Positions 62,301 through 64,000 of a stretch of DNA of 64,000 nucleotides are shown in pieces. Below the pieces are notes generated by a model. The model saw only the letters and a list, made by a program, of their open reading frames with translations, searched no databases and was not told the DNA's origin. The number at the start of each line of letters is the position of its first letter. Position 1 is the stretch's first letter. The stretch is from Ophelia neglecta (lineage: Eukaryota): the NCBI GenBank assembly GCA_965285935.1, contig OZ260661.1, positions 109,430,001 to 109,494,000 on the forward strand, written 5' to 3'. The translations under genes were made by a program, and so were the position numbers.

Positions 62301-63826
62301 AGCTGAAAAGTTTTAATTCTTGCATGTGGTTGGAAAAGAGAATGTTCGATATACAAACTACACAAATTAGTTGTGGGCGACAAATGGAGTTTATCGTCAT
62401 ACTGAAAAACATGATTCGAAATACAAAGGAAATAAGTGTATGAGTTACAAAATATATTGGAGTTGAGTTGTGACAGAATTAAGGGTAGCGTTTTTTCTAA
62501 CAACCAAAATGAAACATGCTTAACCGTAGTTTCTTACCCAAAATTAAACCATTAAGCTAAGTTTAATACTTCTCGTTATGGGAACTTTGTATCAGGTTAA
62601 ACAATATGTAGAGTTTTTTGGCTAGCACTTAATTTTCATTCAACACGAACCAAATAGCGAAAAACTGATCACTGTTAATTATATTCTGTTATTATTTTCA
62701 TTTTACTTACTCTAAACAATTAATCTGTTATAAGAACAATTTTTTATCATGTATCAAAGTGGTCTCATCGGTTTAATCATGTTCTTTTGTATACATTTAC
62801 TAAGAAAGTTTATGTCTGCCTGACATACGCATCCCGGGAATAAAGAACAAAACATTTATTACTTGAACGTGATTAATTTCAAAGATATCAATAATGTGAT
62901 ATTTGTGAGCTATTTGAGATGTTAAATATATACATTATAGTTTACAACATTACTGGGTTTCTATAAGTACATGTATTTAACTTTTTATTGCATTTTCGAG
63001 TACATAGAAAACCATTTTCCTGTGATCTTGAGTTGACGGTTCAATTTACATTATAGCTTAACATTTATCAAAGTCCTAAGTCCATCGACCTATACTCACC
63101 TAGGGTATATTTCATCTTTGATCTACGTTAACCACTGGCTCGTTTTTATGTGGTCTGATTCATCAGAATAAGTGTTAGCTTTTTGTTCTTGCAAGTGTTA
63201 AAAAAAATATATGTTATTAATTACGAGAATAACTTATTTATCGTGAAGTTACTGGGGGCTGATGTTAGTGGGGATGCATTTAATGTGTTATAATACGTTG
63301 ACTTAGTTGTGAAGACAACAAAACACCGAATGTTGAGGAAATCTGCACATAGAAGGCATAAATAACTTTAGAAATTTCCATAATGGCGTCTCTCGTATAT
63401 ATTCTAAAATAGATCAGTCTTCGTGGGATACTCACAGCTATTGAGAATTTCACTGTCATTGTGATTTTGTTAAAAATACCATTTTCGGTTTTTACAGGGC
63501 CTAATATGGGGGGTCTAATATGGAAGGGACCGTCTAGGCTATTAGATTTTATCTCTTGTGTAGGATAAGATATGTATGCCATGATGATGTGTTTGAAGGG
63601 AAATGAATGTTGGGGGATTCAGATTTGTATAGTCATTGACTACGTCTCGGTTTTTGGTACATCACGAAAATTCAAGATGAGGCCTTTATTTTCGCTTGGG
63701 ATAAAATTGTAGTCCAGTGGATGCTCATTACATATCCAGGGCGCCTCAACTTTCTGTTTGGATGCAGGTACAGTGCCATTGATCAGCGCCAACTACATTT
63801 CGACCAACACACTCTTTAGATTAAAT

Positions 63827-64000
63827 CAGTGAAACCTGCCTTAAAGACCACCTCTATAATCAGACCACCTGCCAATTCAGACTACTAATATAAAGACCAT
63901 GATATATGCTTTCAATGTTAAAAAAAAACCTGTCTTAACAGTCCACCTCTGAAATCAGACAAGTATTTTCCAGTCCCTTTGGTGGTCTCAATTCATAGGT
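63827..64000 (+). mobile_element. CAGTGAAACC MITE family copy running off the window end
   Basis: cagtgaaacctgccttaaagaccacctctataatcagaccacctg...ccagtccctttggtggtctcaattcataggt is colinear with 23925-24080. Confidence 0.85.

Noticed and set aside
62132-62503. 123-aa minus-strand ORF
   Set aside because: AT-rich, non-ATG start, and no motif I can identify.

Overview
This is AT-rich, repeat-laden eukaryotic DNA, most likely from a marine invertebrate (inferred from the repeat types; the taxon cannot be fixed from sequence). There is one 180-N gap at 38207-38386. I can support only one protein-coding gene: an intact 4-exon cytochrome P450 of the CYP7 clan (CYP7A/7B/8A/8B/39-like) on the + strand, join(33732-33820, 35462-36369, 37170-37348, 37461-37757), 1473 nt, 490 aa. 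All introns are GT-AG and in phase. Its catalytic motifs are unusual. The heme-ligand loop is three residues short (FGSLCPG), and the I-helix oxygen-activation segment reads HVNYNT, with His and Tyr where P450s normally have small or acidic residues. This enzyme is the best candidate for new biology in the window. The rest consists of MITEs, Helentron/HINE-like elements, a decayed LINE endonuclease fragment missing from the ORF track, a 21-bp minisatellite with higher-order structure, twin perfect palindromes, a nested ~2.15-kb tandem duplication, and several candidate cis-regulatory clusters. No rRNA, bona fide tRNA or CRISPR array was found. All alignments and counts were done by eye, and reference protein motifs are quoted from memory.
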